Made by a program: the position numbers and the translations under genes
The notes under the pieces: model-generated
What the model was told of the DNA's origin: nothing
Seen by the model: only the letters and a program-made list of their open reading frames with translations
Databases searched by the model: none
Assembly (NCBI GenBank): GCA_039683415.1
Contig: JBDKRL010000006.1
Coordinates: 13,839-77,838, forward strand
Source of the DNA: Clostridiaceae bacterium
GTDB taxonomy: Bacteria > Bacillota > Clostridia > Christensenellales > CAG-138
Length of the DNA stretch: 64,000 bases
Direction: 5' to 3'
Shown: positions 48,491 to 57,808 of the stretch, piece after piece
How positions within the stretch are numbered: the first letter of the stretch is position 1
Layout: the number at the start of each line of letters is the position of its first letter

Positions 48491-48625
48491 GGCAGAGAAA
48501 CTGCCGAATCCCCGTAAAATTTTTTATAGTATTCCAGGCAGGAACGACAGGGGATCTGTCGAATATCTGCGAAATTATTATAAAATCCCAGGCAGGAACG
48601 ACAGGGGATCTGTCGAATATATAGA
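48491..48625. repeat. 54/55-bp tandem repeat (about 2.4 units) carrying three spaced palindromes
   Basis: Units 48501-48555, 48556-48609 and 48610-~48625. Palindromes GGCAG-agaaa-CTGCC (48491-48505) and CGACAG-gggat-CTGTCG (48545-48561 and 48599-48615). Confidence 0.9.
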
Positions 48626-48688
48626 ACATGGGATAGGATGATGATCTGCTGATCCCTGTTTGAGCAATAATTCTCTGGAGGTAAACAT

Positions 48689-48985
48689 ATGGACTTCTTA
48701 CATTTAACCATCCTGGTCGGCGGAGTGATCGGCGTTGCGCTCGTGGCTTCCATCCTCGGCTCCAACGCGATCCAAAAGCAAATTCTTCAAGAGCTCCGCG
48801 CAGGCAAAGATTTCTCGACCGCGCATGCAGCCCTTGCGCTGCCGCAGGAAGCGCCCGCGCAGATTGCCGCCGCGCCGATTCCGAACCGTAACGAAATCCT
48901 CGCCATCGCCGCGCCCTGCATCGCGGAAGTGATGGGTAAGGATATTTCCGGTCTCAGGATCGTCTCCGTCAAGCGCGTCGGCTGA
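48689..48985 (+). CDS. OadG family (sodium-pump decarboxylase gamma subunit-like) protein
   Basis: 98 aa. N-terminal TM helix and a C-terminal IAAPCIAEVMG-type tail, located directly upstream of the BCCP and carboxyltransferase genes. Confidence 0.6.
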   Translation: MDFLHLTILVGGVIGVALVASILGSNAIQKQILQELRAGKDFSTAHAALALPQEAPAQIAAAPIPNRNEILAIAAPCIAEVMGKDISGLRIVSVKRVG

Positions 48986-49120
48986 TGCGGCCATCTAGCA
49001 GGAACAGACAACAATGAACTCTGCATTCGAAACAAACCACCGCATACGATAACAGGATCGGAACCACACCAATCAGCAAACACAAAAAATTTCACATAGA
49101 GGAAAATATCGGAGGTATTT

Positions 49121-49513
49121 ATGCGTAATTTCTTAGTCAATATCAACGGAACCAGCTACGAAGTCAGCGTCGAAGAAATCGACGGAAAAACCGCACCCGC
49201 CGCGCCCGCGCCCGTTGCAGCGCCCAAAACCGCAGCCGCTCCCGCAGCGCCCAAAGCAGCGGCCGCTCCCGCAGCGCCCAAGCCCGCCGCGTCCGTCAGC
49301 GGAACCAAGGTTCTCTGCCCGATGCCCGGCACCATCGTTGCCGTCAACGTCAAGGAAGGCGACGCGGTCAAAGCCGGACAAGCGATCTTCTCGCTGGAAG
49401 CCATGAAGATGGAGAGCGACATCACCGCGCCCGTCGACGGTGTGGTTGCCAACCTCGCCGTCCGCAAGGGCGACACAACCGAAGCCGGCAGCCTGCTTTG
49501 CTCCATCGAGTAA
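49121..49513 (+). CDS. biotin carboxyl carrier (biotinyl-domain) protein
   Basis: Ala/Pro/Lys linker, then the [11 protein letters not shown] biotinylation motif. Confidence 0.85.
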   Translation: MRNFLVNINGTSYEVSVEEIDGKTAPAAPAPVAAPKTAAAPAAPKAAAAPAAPKPAASVSGTKVLCPMPGTIVAVNVKEGDAVKAGQAIFSLEAMKMESDITAPVDGVVANLAVRKGDTTEAGSLLCSIE

Positions 49514-49674
49514 GGCACAACGCCAAAGCGCAGCAAACTACCGGCAGACGGTCCCATGCCATCGGCGCTTCCGGCGCCGTGCTGGCCTGCCGGACAATTG
49601 GCGAACAACCTACCGCAACGACGCGCGCGCCGCTCAATGACCCGCGCCGCGCCGCGTAAAAGGAGTAATACAGC

Positions 49675-51108
49675 ATGAGTAAACTATTCATTACCGATAC
49701 CATCCTCCGCGATGCGCATCAGTCCCAGGCGGCGACGCGCATGCGCATTGAGGATATGCTTCCGGCTTGCGAAGTGCTCGATTCCATCGGATACTGGTCG
49801 CTGGAAGTCTGGGGCGGCGCGACCTTTGACGCCTGCCTGCGCTTTTTGAACGAAGACCCTTGGGAACGCTTGAGAAAGCTCAGAAAAGCGCTGCCCAACA
49901 CCAAGCTGCAGATGCTCTTCCGCGGCCAGAACATCCTTGGCTATAAGCATTATGCCGACGACGTGGTCGAGCAGTTCTGCAAAAAGGCGATTGAAAATGG
50001 CATCGACGTGGTCCGCATTTTCGACGCGCTCAACGATATCCGCAACCTCGAAGCCGCCATCCGCTTTACCAAAAAGTACGGCGGCATCTGCGAACCGGCC
50101 ATCAGCTACACCGTTTCCCCCGTGCATAACGAGGACTACTTTGTGGCCATGGCAAAGGAGCTTGTCCAGATGGGCGCGGATACGATCTGCATCAAGGACA
50201 TGGCAAACCTGCTTCTGCCGTACGACGCGTTTCAGCTCGTGACGCGCCTCAAGAAGGAAGTCAGCGTCCCGATCCATCTGCATACCCACAACACCACCGG
50301 TACCGGCGACATGGTTTACCTCATGGCCGCACAGGCGGGCGTTGATATCGTGGACACCGCGCTCTCTCCCTTTGCCAACGGAACCGCGCAGCCCGCGACC
50401 GAACCGCTGGTTGCAACCCTGGCCGGAACCGACCGGGACACCGGGCTGGATCTGCGCAAGCTTTCCGACGCGGCGGCGTTTTTCCGCCCCATTGCGGACC
50501 GCATGCTCGCGGACGGTACGATTTCCGTCAAAGCCCTTGGCGTGGATACCAATACGCTCTTGTATCAGGTTCCCGGCGGCATGCTGAGTAACCTGATTTC
50601 CCAGCTCAAGGAAGCGGGAAAATCCGACCGGTATTACGACGTGCTGGAGGAAGTGCCGCGCGTTCGCAAAGACTTCGGCTATCCGCCGCTGGTCACGCCC
50701 ACGAGCCAGATCGTCGGTACGCAGGCTGTTTTGAACATTATCAACGGCGAGCGCTACAAGGTCTTCACCAAAGAATCCAAAGCGCTGCTGCGCGGCGAGT
50801 ACGGCACGCTGCCCGGACCGGTGAACGAGGAAGTCCGCAAAAAGGCAATCGGCGACGAAACCGTCATCACCTGCCGCCCGGCGGATCTGCTCAAGCCGGA
50901 GCTGGAAAGCTACCGCGAAGAGATCAAGGATCACATCCGTCAGGAAGAAGACGTGCTGAGCTACGCGCTGTTCCCGCAGGTTGCGCTCAAGTTCTTTGAA
51001 GCGCGCGAAGCGGCGGAACGCAAAGCCGCCGAACCGGCACCGCAGCCGCAGGTTCCGGCGCAGGATACCGGCGTACGCACGTTGTACGTGGAGGACATGG
51101 GGGCGTAA
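49675..51108 (+). CDS. oadA: oxaloacetate decarboxylase alpha subunit-type carboxyltransferase (no fused biotin domain)
   Basis: ITDTILRDAHQSQAATRM...LEVWGGATFD...HLHTHNTTG are the conserved carboxyltransferase motifs. Confidence 0.8.
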   Translation: MSKLFITDTILRDAHQSQAATRMRIEDMLPACEVLDSIGYWSLEVWGGATFDACLRFLNEDPWERLRKLRKALPNTKLQMLFRGQNILGYKHYADDVVEQFCKKAIENGIDVVRIFDALNDIRNLEAAIRFTKKYGGICEPAISYTVSPVHNEDYFVAMAKELVQMGADTICIKDMANLLLPYDAFQLVTRLKKEVSVPIHLHTHNTTGTGDMVYLMAAQAGVDIVDTALSPFANGTAQPATEPLVATLAGTDRDTGLDLRKLSDAAAFFRPIADRMLADGTISVKALGVDTNTLLYQVPGGMLSNLISQLKEAGKSDRYYDVLEEVPRVRKDFGYPPLVTPTSQIVGTQAVLNIINGERYKVFTKESKALLRGEYGTLPGPVNEEVRKKAIGDETVITCRPADLLKPELESYREEIKDHIRQEEDVLSYALFPQVALKFFEAREAAERKAAEPAPQPQVPAQDTGVRTLYVEDMGA

Positions 51109-51648
51109 ATGCGACATCTGCCGAACATTCTATCCGGTTTGCGCTTGGTACTGGTCGGCGTTTTCGTCTGGCTCTTTCGGGCGGGCAGTTATCTGCCTGC
51201 CCTTTGCGTATTCGTTTTCGCGTTTTTTACGGACGTGCTGGATGGCCAGATTGCGCGCGCAAACGGCTGGGTCACCAACCTTGGCAAGCTGCTCGACCCG
51301 CTGGCGGATAAGCTCATGACGCTGGCTGCGCTGGTCTGCATCTACCTTGGCAAGCATAAGCCGATCTATTTCACGCTGTTTTTGCTTATGGCGGTCAAGG
51401 AAACGCTCATGATTATAGGCGGCGTGTTTATGGCACGGCGCAACGTTGTTGCCATGGCGGACTGGCCGGGCAAGATCGCTACGGGGCTGTTCGCCGTTGG
51501 CGTGATGCTCTCGCTGCTTTCGTTTTTATCGCTGCAGGTTGAGCCTTGGAATCTATACATCCTGGGCGGTGCGGTGGCGGTTTCGTATTTTGCGATGATA
51601 TTTTATGGCGCAACCCAGCTGCCGAAAGCGTTTTCGAAAAAGAGCTAG
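51109..51648 (+). CDS. pgsA: CDP-diacylglycerol--glycerol-3-phosphate 3-phosphatidyltransferase
   Basis: The CDP-alcohol phosphatidyltransferase motif DVLDGQIAR...G..LDPLADK. Confidence 0.85.
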   Translation: MRHLPNILSGLRLVLVGVFVWLFRAGSYLPALCVFVFAFFTDVLDGQIARANGWVTNLGKLLDPLADKLMTLAALVCIYLGKHKPIYFTLFLLMAVKETLMIIGGVFMARRNVVAMADWPGKIATGLFAVGVMLSLLSFLSLQVEPWNLYILGGAVAVSYFAMIFYGATQLPKAFSKKS

Positions 51649-51780
51649 TCGTTTTATAAAGGATCGCCCGCGCAATAAAAAGTATTTCCGAAAAAAGTAC
51701 GAGCCGTTCCGGATTGCGTCGCACGCGCACACGAACCTGTTTTGGCGCGGGAAAACCGCGCAGGACGGGCGAAAATCTTC

Positions 51781-51809
51781 TTGCAATCGCGGACTTGGGG
51801 TGCTATACT
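51781..51809 (+). promoter_or_regulatory. promoter TTGCAA-17-TATACT of the rimP-nusA-infB operon
   Basis: TTGCAA 51781-51786 and TATACT 51804-51809. Confidence 0.6.
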
Positions 51810-51840
51810 TCCAGTTGTTGGATGTGTGAACTTGAAGCGG

Positions 51841-51870
51841 AGAGTGGGCAAAACCCACTCTTTCGTTTTG
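51841..51870 (+). terminator. leader terminator-like hairpin upstream of rimP (candidate attenuator)
   Basis: AGAGTGGG-caaaa-CCCACTCT followed by TTCGTTTTG. It lies ~30 nt downstream of the predicted -10 and ~120 nt before rimP. Confidence 0.55.
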
Positions 51871-51991
51871 AAGGGTCCTTTTTTAGCGCTCACGCGAAGG
51901 AAAAACGGCATACTGCGCCCAATACAGCCCGGTTTTGAACGCTGTTTCGGAACCGGGATGAAATGACCCCAAATTATCGGAGGATGTTGGA

Positions 51992-52444
51992 TTGAAAACA
52001 ACGCAGCGCGTGGAAGAGCTGGTCAAGGGCGTCGTAGAGTCGCTCGGATTTGAGCTCTGCGACGTGGAGTACCAAAAAGAATACGGCAGCTGGGTGCTGA
52101 CGCTCTATATTGACCGCGCGGAAGGCGTCACCATTGACGACTGCGAGCGCGTGAGCAAAGCCGTGGATCCCGTCCTCGACGAGGCGGATCCGATCGAGCA
52201 GGCGTATTACCTCTCCGTTTCGTCGCTGGGGCTCGACCACCCGCTCAAAAAGGACGCTGATTTTGCGCGAAACCTCAACAAACGCATCGAAGTAAAGCTC
52301 TTTGCGCCGCAGAACGGCAAAAAGGAATTCGTCTGCGAACTGGTTTCGTTTACAGAGACAACGGTGACGGTTCGCCTCAATGGCGAAGAACTGACGCTGG
52401 AACGCAAGAGCATTGCGCTGGCGCGTCCGGAACTGGTCTTTTAG
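51992..52444 (+). CDS. rimP: ribosome maturation factor RimP
   Basis: TTG start after GGAGGA. Contains VEELVKGVVESLGFELCDVEY and LSVSSLGLDHPL. Confidence 0.9.
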   Translation: MKTTQRVEELVKGVVESLGFELCDVEYQKEYGSWVLTLYIDRAEGVTIDDCERVSKAVDPVLDEADPIEQAYYLSVSSLGLDHPLKKDADFARNLNKRIEVKLFAPQNGKKEFVCELVSFTETTVTVRLNGEELTLERKSIALARPELVF

Positions 52445-52549
52445 TCCGGCGTTGCATAAAACCCGGCAAAATTAAGATTGATATCGCGGCTCGGCGGAAA
52501 AAACCGCCCCGCACGCAGGAAACGGGAATCTTTTTAAGGAGTATGAGAG

Positions 52550-53644
52550 ATGAACACTGAGTTTGTCGAAGCACTGAGCGCGCTGGAGAAGGAGCGCGGC
52601 ATCAGCAAGGAAGTTCTGATTCTGGCGATCGAAGCGGCGCTGACTTCCGCTTACAAGCGCAACTATGGTTCGACGGCGAACGTCCGCGCGGAAGTTGACC
52701 CGAACAGCGGCGAGTTCCGTATTTACGCATCCAAAACGGTTGTGGAAACGGTAGAAAACCCGCTCAACGAAATTTTGCTTGCCGATGCAAAGCGCGTCAA
52801 CATGCTCTACGAAGTGGGCGACGTGCTCGAAGAAGAAGTGAAAGCCAAGGAATTTTCGCGCATTGCCGCGCAGACGGCCAAGCAGGTCGTCGTTCAGCGC
52901 ATCCGTGAAGCGGAACGCGGCGTGATTTACGAAGAGTATGTGGAAAAAGAAAACGAAGTGCTCACCGCCATCGTCCAGCGCGTGGAAAAAGGCAACGTCT
53001 ATGTCGAACTCGGCAAAACCGACGGCATCCTGACGCCGAACGAAATGATCCCCGGCGAAACATACGAAAACAACGACCGCATCAAGGTCTATGTGCTCGA
53101 AGTGCGCAAGGACAGCAAGGGCCCGCAGGTGCTCGTTTCGCGTACGCACCCCGGTTTGGTCAAGCGGCTTTTCGAACTGGAAGTGCCGGAGATTCAGAGC
53201 GGGGTGGTGCAGATCAAGTCCATCGCGCGGGAAGCGGGCTTCCGCACCAAGGTCGCCGTGCATTCCAACGACATGCAGGTGGACGCGGTCGGCGCCTGCG
53301 TGGGTCAGCGCGGCGCGCGCGTGGAGCGCATCGTGGCCGAACTGCATAACGAAAAAATCGACATCATCGAGTGGGATTCCGACTCGGCGGTGTATATTGC
53401 AAAAGCCCTGAGCCCCGCCAAGGTGCTCATGGTCTACATCAACGAAGAAGAAAAGGCCGCAAAGGTCGTCGTGCCGGACTCGCAGCTTTCGCTTGCCATC
53501 GGCAAGGAAGGGCAGAACGCGCGGCTCGCCGCCAAACTGACCGGCTGGAAGATCGATATCAAGAGCCAGACCCAGGCGGAACAGGTGATGGATTCCATCT
53601 ACGAAGAGGACTATCCCGCCGACGATGCCGAAAGCGAGGAGTAA
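52550..53644 (+). CDS. nusA: transcription termination/antitermination factor NusA
   Basis: N-terminal domain, S1, KH1/KH2 ([33 protein letters not shown]). Confidence 0.95.
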   Translation: MNTEFVEALSALEKERGISKEVLILAIEAALTSAYKRNYGSTANVRAEVDPNSGEFRIYASKTVVETVENPLNEILLADAKRVNMLYEVGDVLEEEVKAKEFSRIAAQTAKQVVVQRIREAERGVIYEEYVEKENEVLTAIVQRVEKGNVYVELGKTDGILTPNEMIPGETYENNDRIKVYVLEVRKDSKGPQVLVSRTHPGLVKRLFELEVPEIQSGVVQIKSIAREAGFRTKVAVHSNDMQVDAVGACVGQRGARVERIVAELHNEKIDIIEWDSDSAVYIAKALSPAKVLMVYINEEEKAAKVVVPDSQLSLAIGKEGQNARLAAKLTGWKIDIKSQTQAEQVMDSIYEEDYPADDAESEE

Positions 53645-53647
53645 GCC

Positions 53648-53929
53648 TTGGCAAAAAAGATTCCGATGCGCATGTGCGTTTCCTGCCGCGAAATGCGGGC
53701 AAAAAAGGAGCTGACACGCGTGGTGCGAACGCCCGAGGGAACGGTGGTCATCGACCCCACCGGGCGCGCAAACGGGCGGGGCGCATACCTCTGCCTCAAG
53801 ACCGCATGCCTCGACAAGGCCGTCAAGTCCCGCGCGCTCGAACGCGCGCTGGAAACGAAGATTGAACCCGAGGTATACGAAGCGCTCAGAAAGGACTGTC
53901 TGAATGCCGCAGCCGAACAAGCTGACTAG
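53648..53929 (+). CDS. ylxR: YlxR (RnpM, DUF448) family RNA-binding protein
   Basis: TTG start. Contains PMRMCVSCREMRAKKELTRVV and GRGAYLC. Confidence 0.85.
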   Translation: MAKKIPMRMCVSCREMRAKKELTRVVRTPEGTVVIDPTGRANGRGAYLCLKTACLDKAVKSRALERALETKIEPEVYEALRKDCLNAAAEQAD

Positions 53930-54224
53930 TGCGATTGGGTTTGCGATGAAGGCGGGAAAGATCGTTTCGGGGGATTTCTCCGTTGAAAAAATCGCTCGTT
54001 CGGGCAGGGCGCGTCTGCTGCTGCTGGACGATACCGCATCCGGCAACACGAAGGAAAAGTACAAGGCGCTCAGCGCGTCGAAAAACGTGGAATTGATTGA
54101 AATAGCCGCTTTAGGCAATTGGATCGGGAAACCCGGCCGCATGGTTGCGGCGGTGACCGATGAGAACTTTACAACAATGATCAAACGCGCCAATGCGGAG
54201 GCCAAATCCGCGGCAGGCGAATAA
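53904..54224 (+). CDS. ylxQ: L7Ae/L30e family RNA-binding protein (YlxQ)
   Basis: [15 protein letters not shown] and [12 protein letters not shown] parallel B. subtilis YlxQ. Overlaps ylxR by 26 nt. Confidence 0.8.
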   Translation: MPQPNKLTSAIGFAMKAGKIVSGDFSVEKIARSGRARLLLLDDTASGNTKEKYKALSASKNVELIEIAALGNWIGKPGRMVAAVTDENFTTMIKRANAEAKSAAGE

Positions 54225-54243
54225 CGCGGGGGTAACGACTGAA

Positions 54244-57200
54244 ATGGCAAAAACGAATTTTCTGGAATCGGCAAACGGAATGCAGAAGGGCGCTTCGGAT
54301 ATTCTGGAGCGGCTTACGCTGACGCAGTCCGCCGTGGGCGAACTGTTGGTTTCGGTGCGACATTCCGAGAGCGAATTACTGGAAAAGGAAGAGCAGTCGC
54401 GCAAAGCGCGCGAAGAGCGCGAGCGCATGGAGCGCCTGCGCGAAATGCTGGATTCCGACCATGACTTGGCCGTTCACGCCGGCGGAAGAGACGACGACGA
54501 GGTGGAAACACCCGTAACGAAATCTGCCGCGGAGCCCAAAAAGGCCGAGGCAAAACAAACTGAATCAAAACAGGCTGAATCGAAGAAGGCTGAATCAAAG
54601 CAGTCGGATTCGAAGCAGCCTGAAGCGGTGCAGGCTGAAGCAAAACCGGCCGAAGCAAAACCGGCGGAAGCAAAGCAGGTTGAATCGAAGCAGGCTGAGC
54701 CCAAGCAGGCTGAGCCCGCCGCAGATATGCCGGAATCGGCGCAGAAGAATAGCGCCGAACCCGCGCGAAAGAGCGAACCGGCAGCAAAAGCCGAGTCCGC
54801 GCAGCCTGCGGAAGCGTCCGTAAAAACCGAGTCTTCCGCGGAGACTGCCGCGGCGGCAGCGCCGCAGGCCGAACAGCCCAGAAGGCCGGCCGGCAGCGGT
54901 TACGAAGCGCACCCGATCAGCCAGCGGGACGACCGCAGACCCCCGCAGCAGCAGGGGCAGACGAGCGGTTATTCGCAGCAGGGCGGTTATACGCCGCGTC
55001 CGCAGCAGGGCACGCAGGGCGGTTATACGCCGCGTCCCCAGCAGGGCGGCTACCCGCAGGGCGGCAACGGTTATACGCCGCGTCCGCCGCAGGGCGGCAA
55101 CGGTTACACGCCGCGTCCGCCACAGGGCGGCAACGGTTACACACCGCGTCCGCCGCAGGGCGGTCAGGGCGGTTATACGCCGCGTCCGCCGCAGGGTGGA
55201 CAGGGTGGCTACGCGCCGCGCCCGCAGGGCGGTCAGGGCGGTTACACACCGCGCCCGCAGGGCGGCCAGGGTGGCTACACGCCACGCCCGCAAGGCGGAC
55301 AGGGCGGTTATTCGCCGCGTCCCCAGGGCGGACCGGGTGGCTTTACGCCGCGTCCCGGCGGACCGGGACCCCGGCCTGCAGCCGCGGGAACCGTGCTCCC
55401 CGCAGCGGGAACAAAAGAGCGCGTGAGCAATTACGATCCCAACAAGAGCGCGTATGTCAAGCCGCGCGAAAGCGATAAAAAAGCAAAAAGCAAAAAAGCG
55501 ATTGCGCGCGAAACTGCGCCCAGCGCAAAGAATTGGGATGAGGATTCCCCGACGGGAAGCCGCAGACCCAGACGCGGCGGCAAGCTGCCTGTTCGCAGGC
55601 CGGAACCCGTCGTGATCGAGAAAGCGGTGATCACAACGGAAACCATAACGGTCAAAGACCTTTCGGAACGGATCGGCAAACCGGCTTCGGAGATTATTAA
55701 GAAGCTCTTCATGCTCGGCATGCCGACCACCATCAATCAGGAAATCGATTTTGACACCTGCGAACTGATCGCGGCGGATTTTGGAATCGAACTCGAACTG
55801 CGCATTGCCAAGACGTTTGAAGAAGTGCTTTCCGACAGTGCCGCAGGCGAAGCCGACGCCCCCGAACTGCTCCAGCCCCGGCCGCCGGTGGTCACCATCA
55901 TGGGTCACGTCGACCACGGCAAGACGTCGCTTTTGGATGCAATTCGAAACAGCAGCGTCACCGAAGGCGAAGCGGGCGGCATTACGCAGCATATCGGCGC
56001 TTACACCGTGTTCTGCAAAAACCGCCAGATAACGTTTATCGACACGCCGGGTCACGAAGCGTTCACCTCCATGCGTGCACGCGGCGCGCAGGTGACGGAT
56101 ATCGTCATCCTCGTTGTCGCGGCGGACGACGGCATCATGCCGCAGACGATCGAAGCGATTAACCACGCCAAGGCCGCCAAGGTGCCGATTGTCGTTGCCA
56201 TCAATAAAATGGATCGTCCGGAAGCCAACCCCGAACGCGTCAAGCAGCAGCTCACCGAATACGAGCTGGTTTCGGAAGAATGGGGCGGGCAGACGATTAT
56301 CGTACCCGTTTCGGCCAAGACGCAGATGGGCCTGGATACGCTGCTCGAAATGGTTCTGCTCCAGGCGGATGTTCTGGAACTCAAGGCCAACCCCGGCCGT
56401 CTTGCCAAGGGCACGATTATCGAAGCAAAGCTCGACAAGGGCCGTGGCCCGCTGGCCACCGTGCTGGTGCAAAACGGCACGCTGCGCCGCGGCGATACCA
56501 TCGTCGCGGGCACGGCATACGGCAAAGTGCGCGCTATGGCGGACGACAAAGGCCGTCCGGTCAACGAGGCAGGTCCTTCCATGCCGGTCGAAGTGCTTGG
56601 TTTTTCGGAAGTGCCGGACGCCGGCGATATTCTCAACGTGGCTGAAGTCGACAAGCTCTCGCGGCAGGTTGCCGAAGAACGGCGCGATAAGATCAAAGCC
56701 GCTCAGCTCAAGAGCAAGAGCCGCGTCTCTTTGGACGAACTCTTTACGCAGATGGCCGCCGATGAGCTCAAAGACCTCAACATCATCGTCAAGGCGGACG
56801 TGCAGGGCTCCGTCGAGGCCGTCAAACAGGCGCTCGAAAAGCTCAGCAACAACGAAGTTCACGTTCGCTGCATCCATGGCGGCGTCGGCGCGATTACGGG
56901 CACGGATATCATGTTCGCCTCCGCTTCCAACGCCATCGTCATCGGCTTCAACGTGCGTCCGGATTCGGCCACGCGTGCCATGGCGGAAAAGGAAAATGTG
57001 GACGTCCGTACCTACCGTGTGATCTACAACGCCATCGACGACGTGACCAACGCCATGAAGGGCATGTTCAAGCCCGTCTTCAAGGAAGTCGAGCTTGGCC
57101 GCGCGACCGTACGCGAAGTCTTCAAGGTTTCCGGCATCGGCACCATCGCGGGCGCCTATGTCAACGAGGGCAAGATCACCAGAAGCGCGCAGGTTCGCAT

Positions 57201-57378
57201 TGTGCGCGACGGCGTGGTGATCCACGTTGGCAAGATCGCTTCTCTCAAACGCTTTAAAGATGACGCCAAAGAAGTCCTCACGGGCTTTGAATGCGGCATC
57301 GGCATCGATAATTTCAACGACTTGAACGAAGGCGACGTGATTGATGCGTTCGTCGTAGAAGAAGTCAAACGCACCTAA
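54244..57378 (+). CDS. infB: translation initiation factor IF-2
   Basis: Trimmed to MAKTNFLES. Long low-complexity N-terminus, then the GTPase domain ([21 protein letters not shown]) and C-terminal domains. Confidence 0.95.
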   Translation: MAKTNFLESANGMQKGASDILERLTLTQSAVGELLVSVRHSESELLEKEEQSRKAREERERMERLREMLDSDHDLAVHAGGRDDDEVETPVTKSAAEPKKAEAKQTESKQAESKKAESKQSDSKQPEAVQAEAKPAEAKPAEAKQVESKQAEPKQAEPAADMPESAQKNSAEPARKSEPAAKAESAQPAEASVKTESSAETAAAAAPQAEQPRRPAGSGYEAHPISQRDDRRPPQQQGQTSGYSQQGGYTPRPQQGTQGGYTPRPQQGGYPQGGNGYTPRPPQGGNGYTPRPPQGGNGYTPRPPQGGQGGYTPRPPQGGQGGYAPRPQGGQGGYTPRPQGGQGGYTPRPQGGQGGYSPRPQGGPGGFTPRPGGPGPRPAAAGTVLPAAGTKERVSNYDPNKSAYVKPRESDKKAKSKKAIARETAPSAKNWDEDSPTGSRRPRRGGKLPVRRPEPVVIEKAVITTETITVKDLSERIGKPASEIIKKLFMLGMPTTINQEIDFDTCELIAADFGIELELRIAKTFEEVLSDSAAGEADAPELLQPRPPVVTIMGHVDHGKTSLLDAIRNSSVTEGEAGGITQHIGAYTVFCKNRQITFIDTPGHEAFTSMRARGAQVTDIVILVVAADDGIMPQTIEAINHAKAAKVPIVVAINKMDRPEANPERVKQQLTEYELVSEEWGGQTIIVPVSAKTQMGLDTLLEMVLLQADVLELKANPGRLAKGTIIEAKLDKGRGPLATVLVQNGTLRRGDTIVAGTAYGKVRAMADDKGRPVNEAGPSMPVEVLGFSEVPDAGDILNVAEVDKLSRQVAEERRDKIKAAQLKSKSRVSLDELFTQMAADELKDLNIIVKADVQGSVEAVKQALEKLSNNEVHVRCIHGGVGAITGTDIMFASASNAIVIGFNVRPDSATRAMAEKENVDVRTYRVIYNAIDDVTNAMKGMFKPVFKEVELGRATVREVFKVSGIGTIAGAYVNEGKITRSAQVRIVRDGVVIHVGKIASLKRFKDDAKEVLTGFECGIGIDNFNDLNEGDVIDAFVVEEVKRT
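54982..55350 (+). repeat. coding tandem repeats, 11 copies of G-G-Y-T-P-R-P-(P)-Q-G in the IF-2 N-terminal region
   Basis: Repeated ggcggttatacgccgcgtccgc... units of 27-33 nt, read directly from the sequence and its translation. Confidence 0.9.
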
Positions 57379-57442
57379 TCTGAGGGTATCGCCGGGTTGA
57401 GCCGCCGCTTTCGGCGCGCGCCGCGGCGGGGAAGGAATCACC

Positions 57443-57802
57443 GTGACAGCGTTTCGTTCTGACCGAATGAACGAAGAGGTCAAAAAAACGATCAGCGCGA
57501 TTATCCGCGAAATGAAGGACCCCAGAATTTCGCCAATGACCACGCTGACCGTCGTTGAGGTTACCAAAGACCTTAAATTCGCAAAGATCAAAGTATCCGT
57601 TTACGACGAGGATGAAGCCAGCCGGATCTCCAGTGTGGAAGCGCTCAACCACGCGGCGGGATTCATCGGGCATGAGCTTGGCGCGCGCATGCGCATCCGC
57701 TGCATCCCGAGCATCAAGTTCACGCTCGACCATTCGATTGCCTACAGCGTTCGCATTTCCGAAATTCTCAACGGACTGCATAAGGACGAAGGGAAGGAGT
57801 GA
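57443..57802 (+). CDS. rbfA: ribosome-binding factor A
   Basis: GTG start. Contains RMNEEVKKTISAIIREMKDPRI, VEVTKDLKFAKI and IPSIKF. Confidence 0.9.
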   Translation: MTAFRSDRMNEEVKKTISAIIREMKDPRISPMTTLTVVEVTKDLKFAKIKVSVYDEDEASRISSVEALNHAAGFIGHELGARMRIRCIPSIKFTLDHSIAYSVRISEILNGLHKDEGKE

Positions 57803-57808
57803 AGCGGC

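Noticed and set aside
45389-48625. Tandem repeats (72 bp, 48 bp, 54 bp) considered as possible CRISPR arrays
   Set aside because: The units are contiguous with no unique spacers. Two arrays are in-frame coding sequence. No cas genes are present.
49684-51117. 477-aa minus-strand ORF exactly mirroring oadA
   Set aside because: The plus-strand product has the full carboxyltransferase motif set. The mirror ORF is an artefact of stop-codon depletion.
52472-54274. 600-aa minus-strand ORF opposite nusA, ylxR and ylxQ
   Set aside because: Antisense shadow of conserved genes, for the same reason as above.
54595-57591. 998-aa minus-strand ORF covering infB and part of rbfA
   Set aside because: It is the antisense shadow of a strongly supported infB. 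The product is Arg/Ala/Gly-rich low complexity with no recognisable domain. High-GC codon bias removes stops from the antisense frame.
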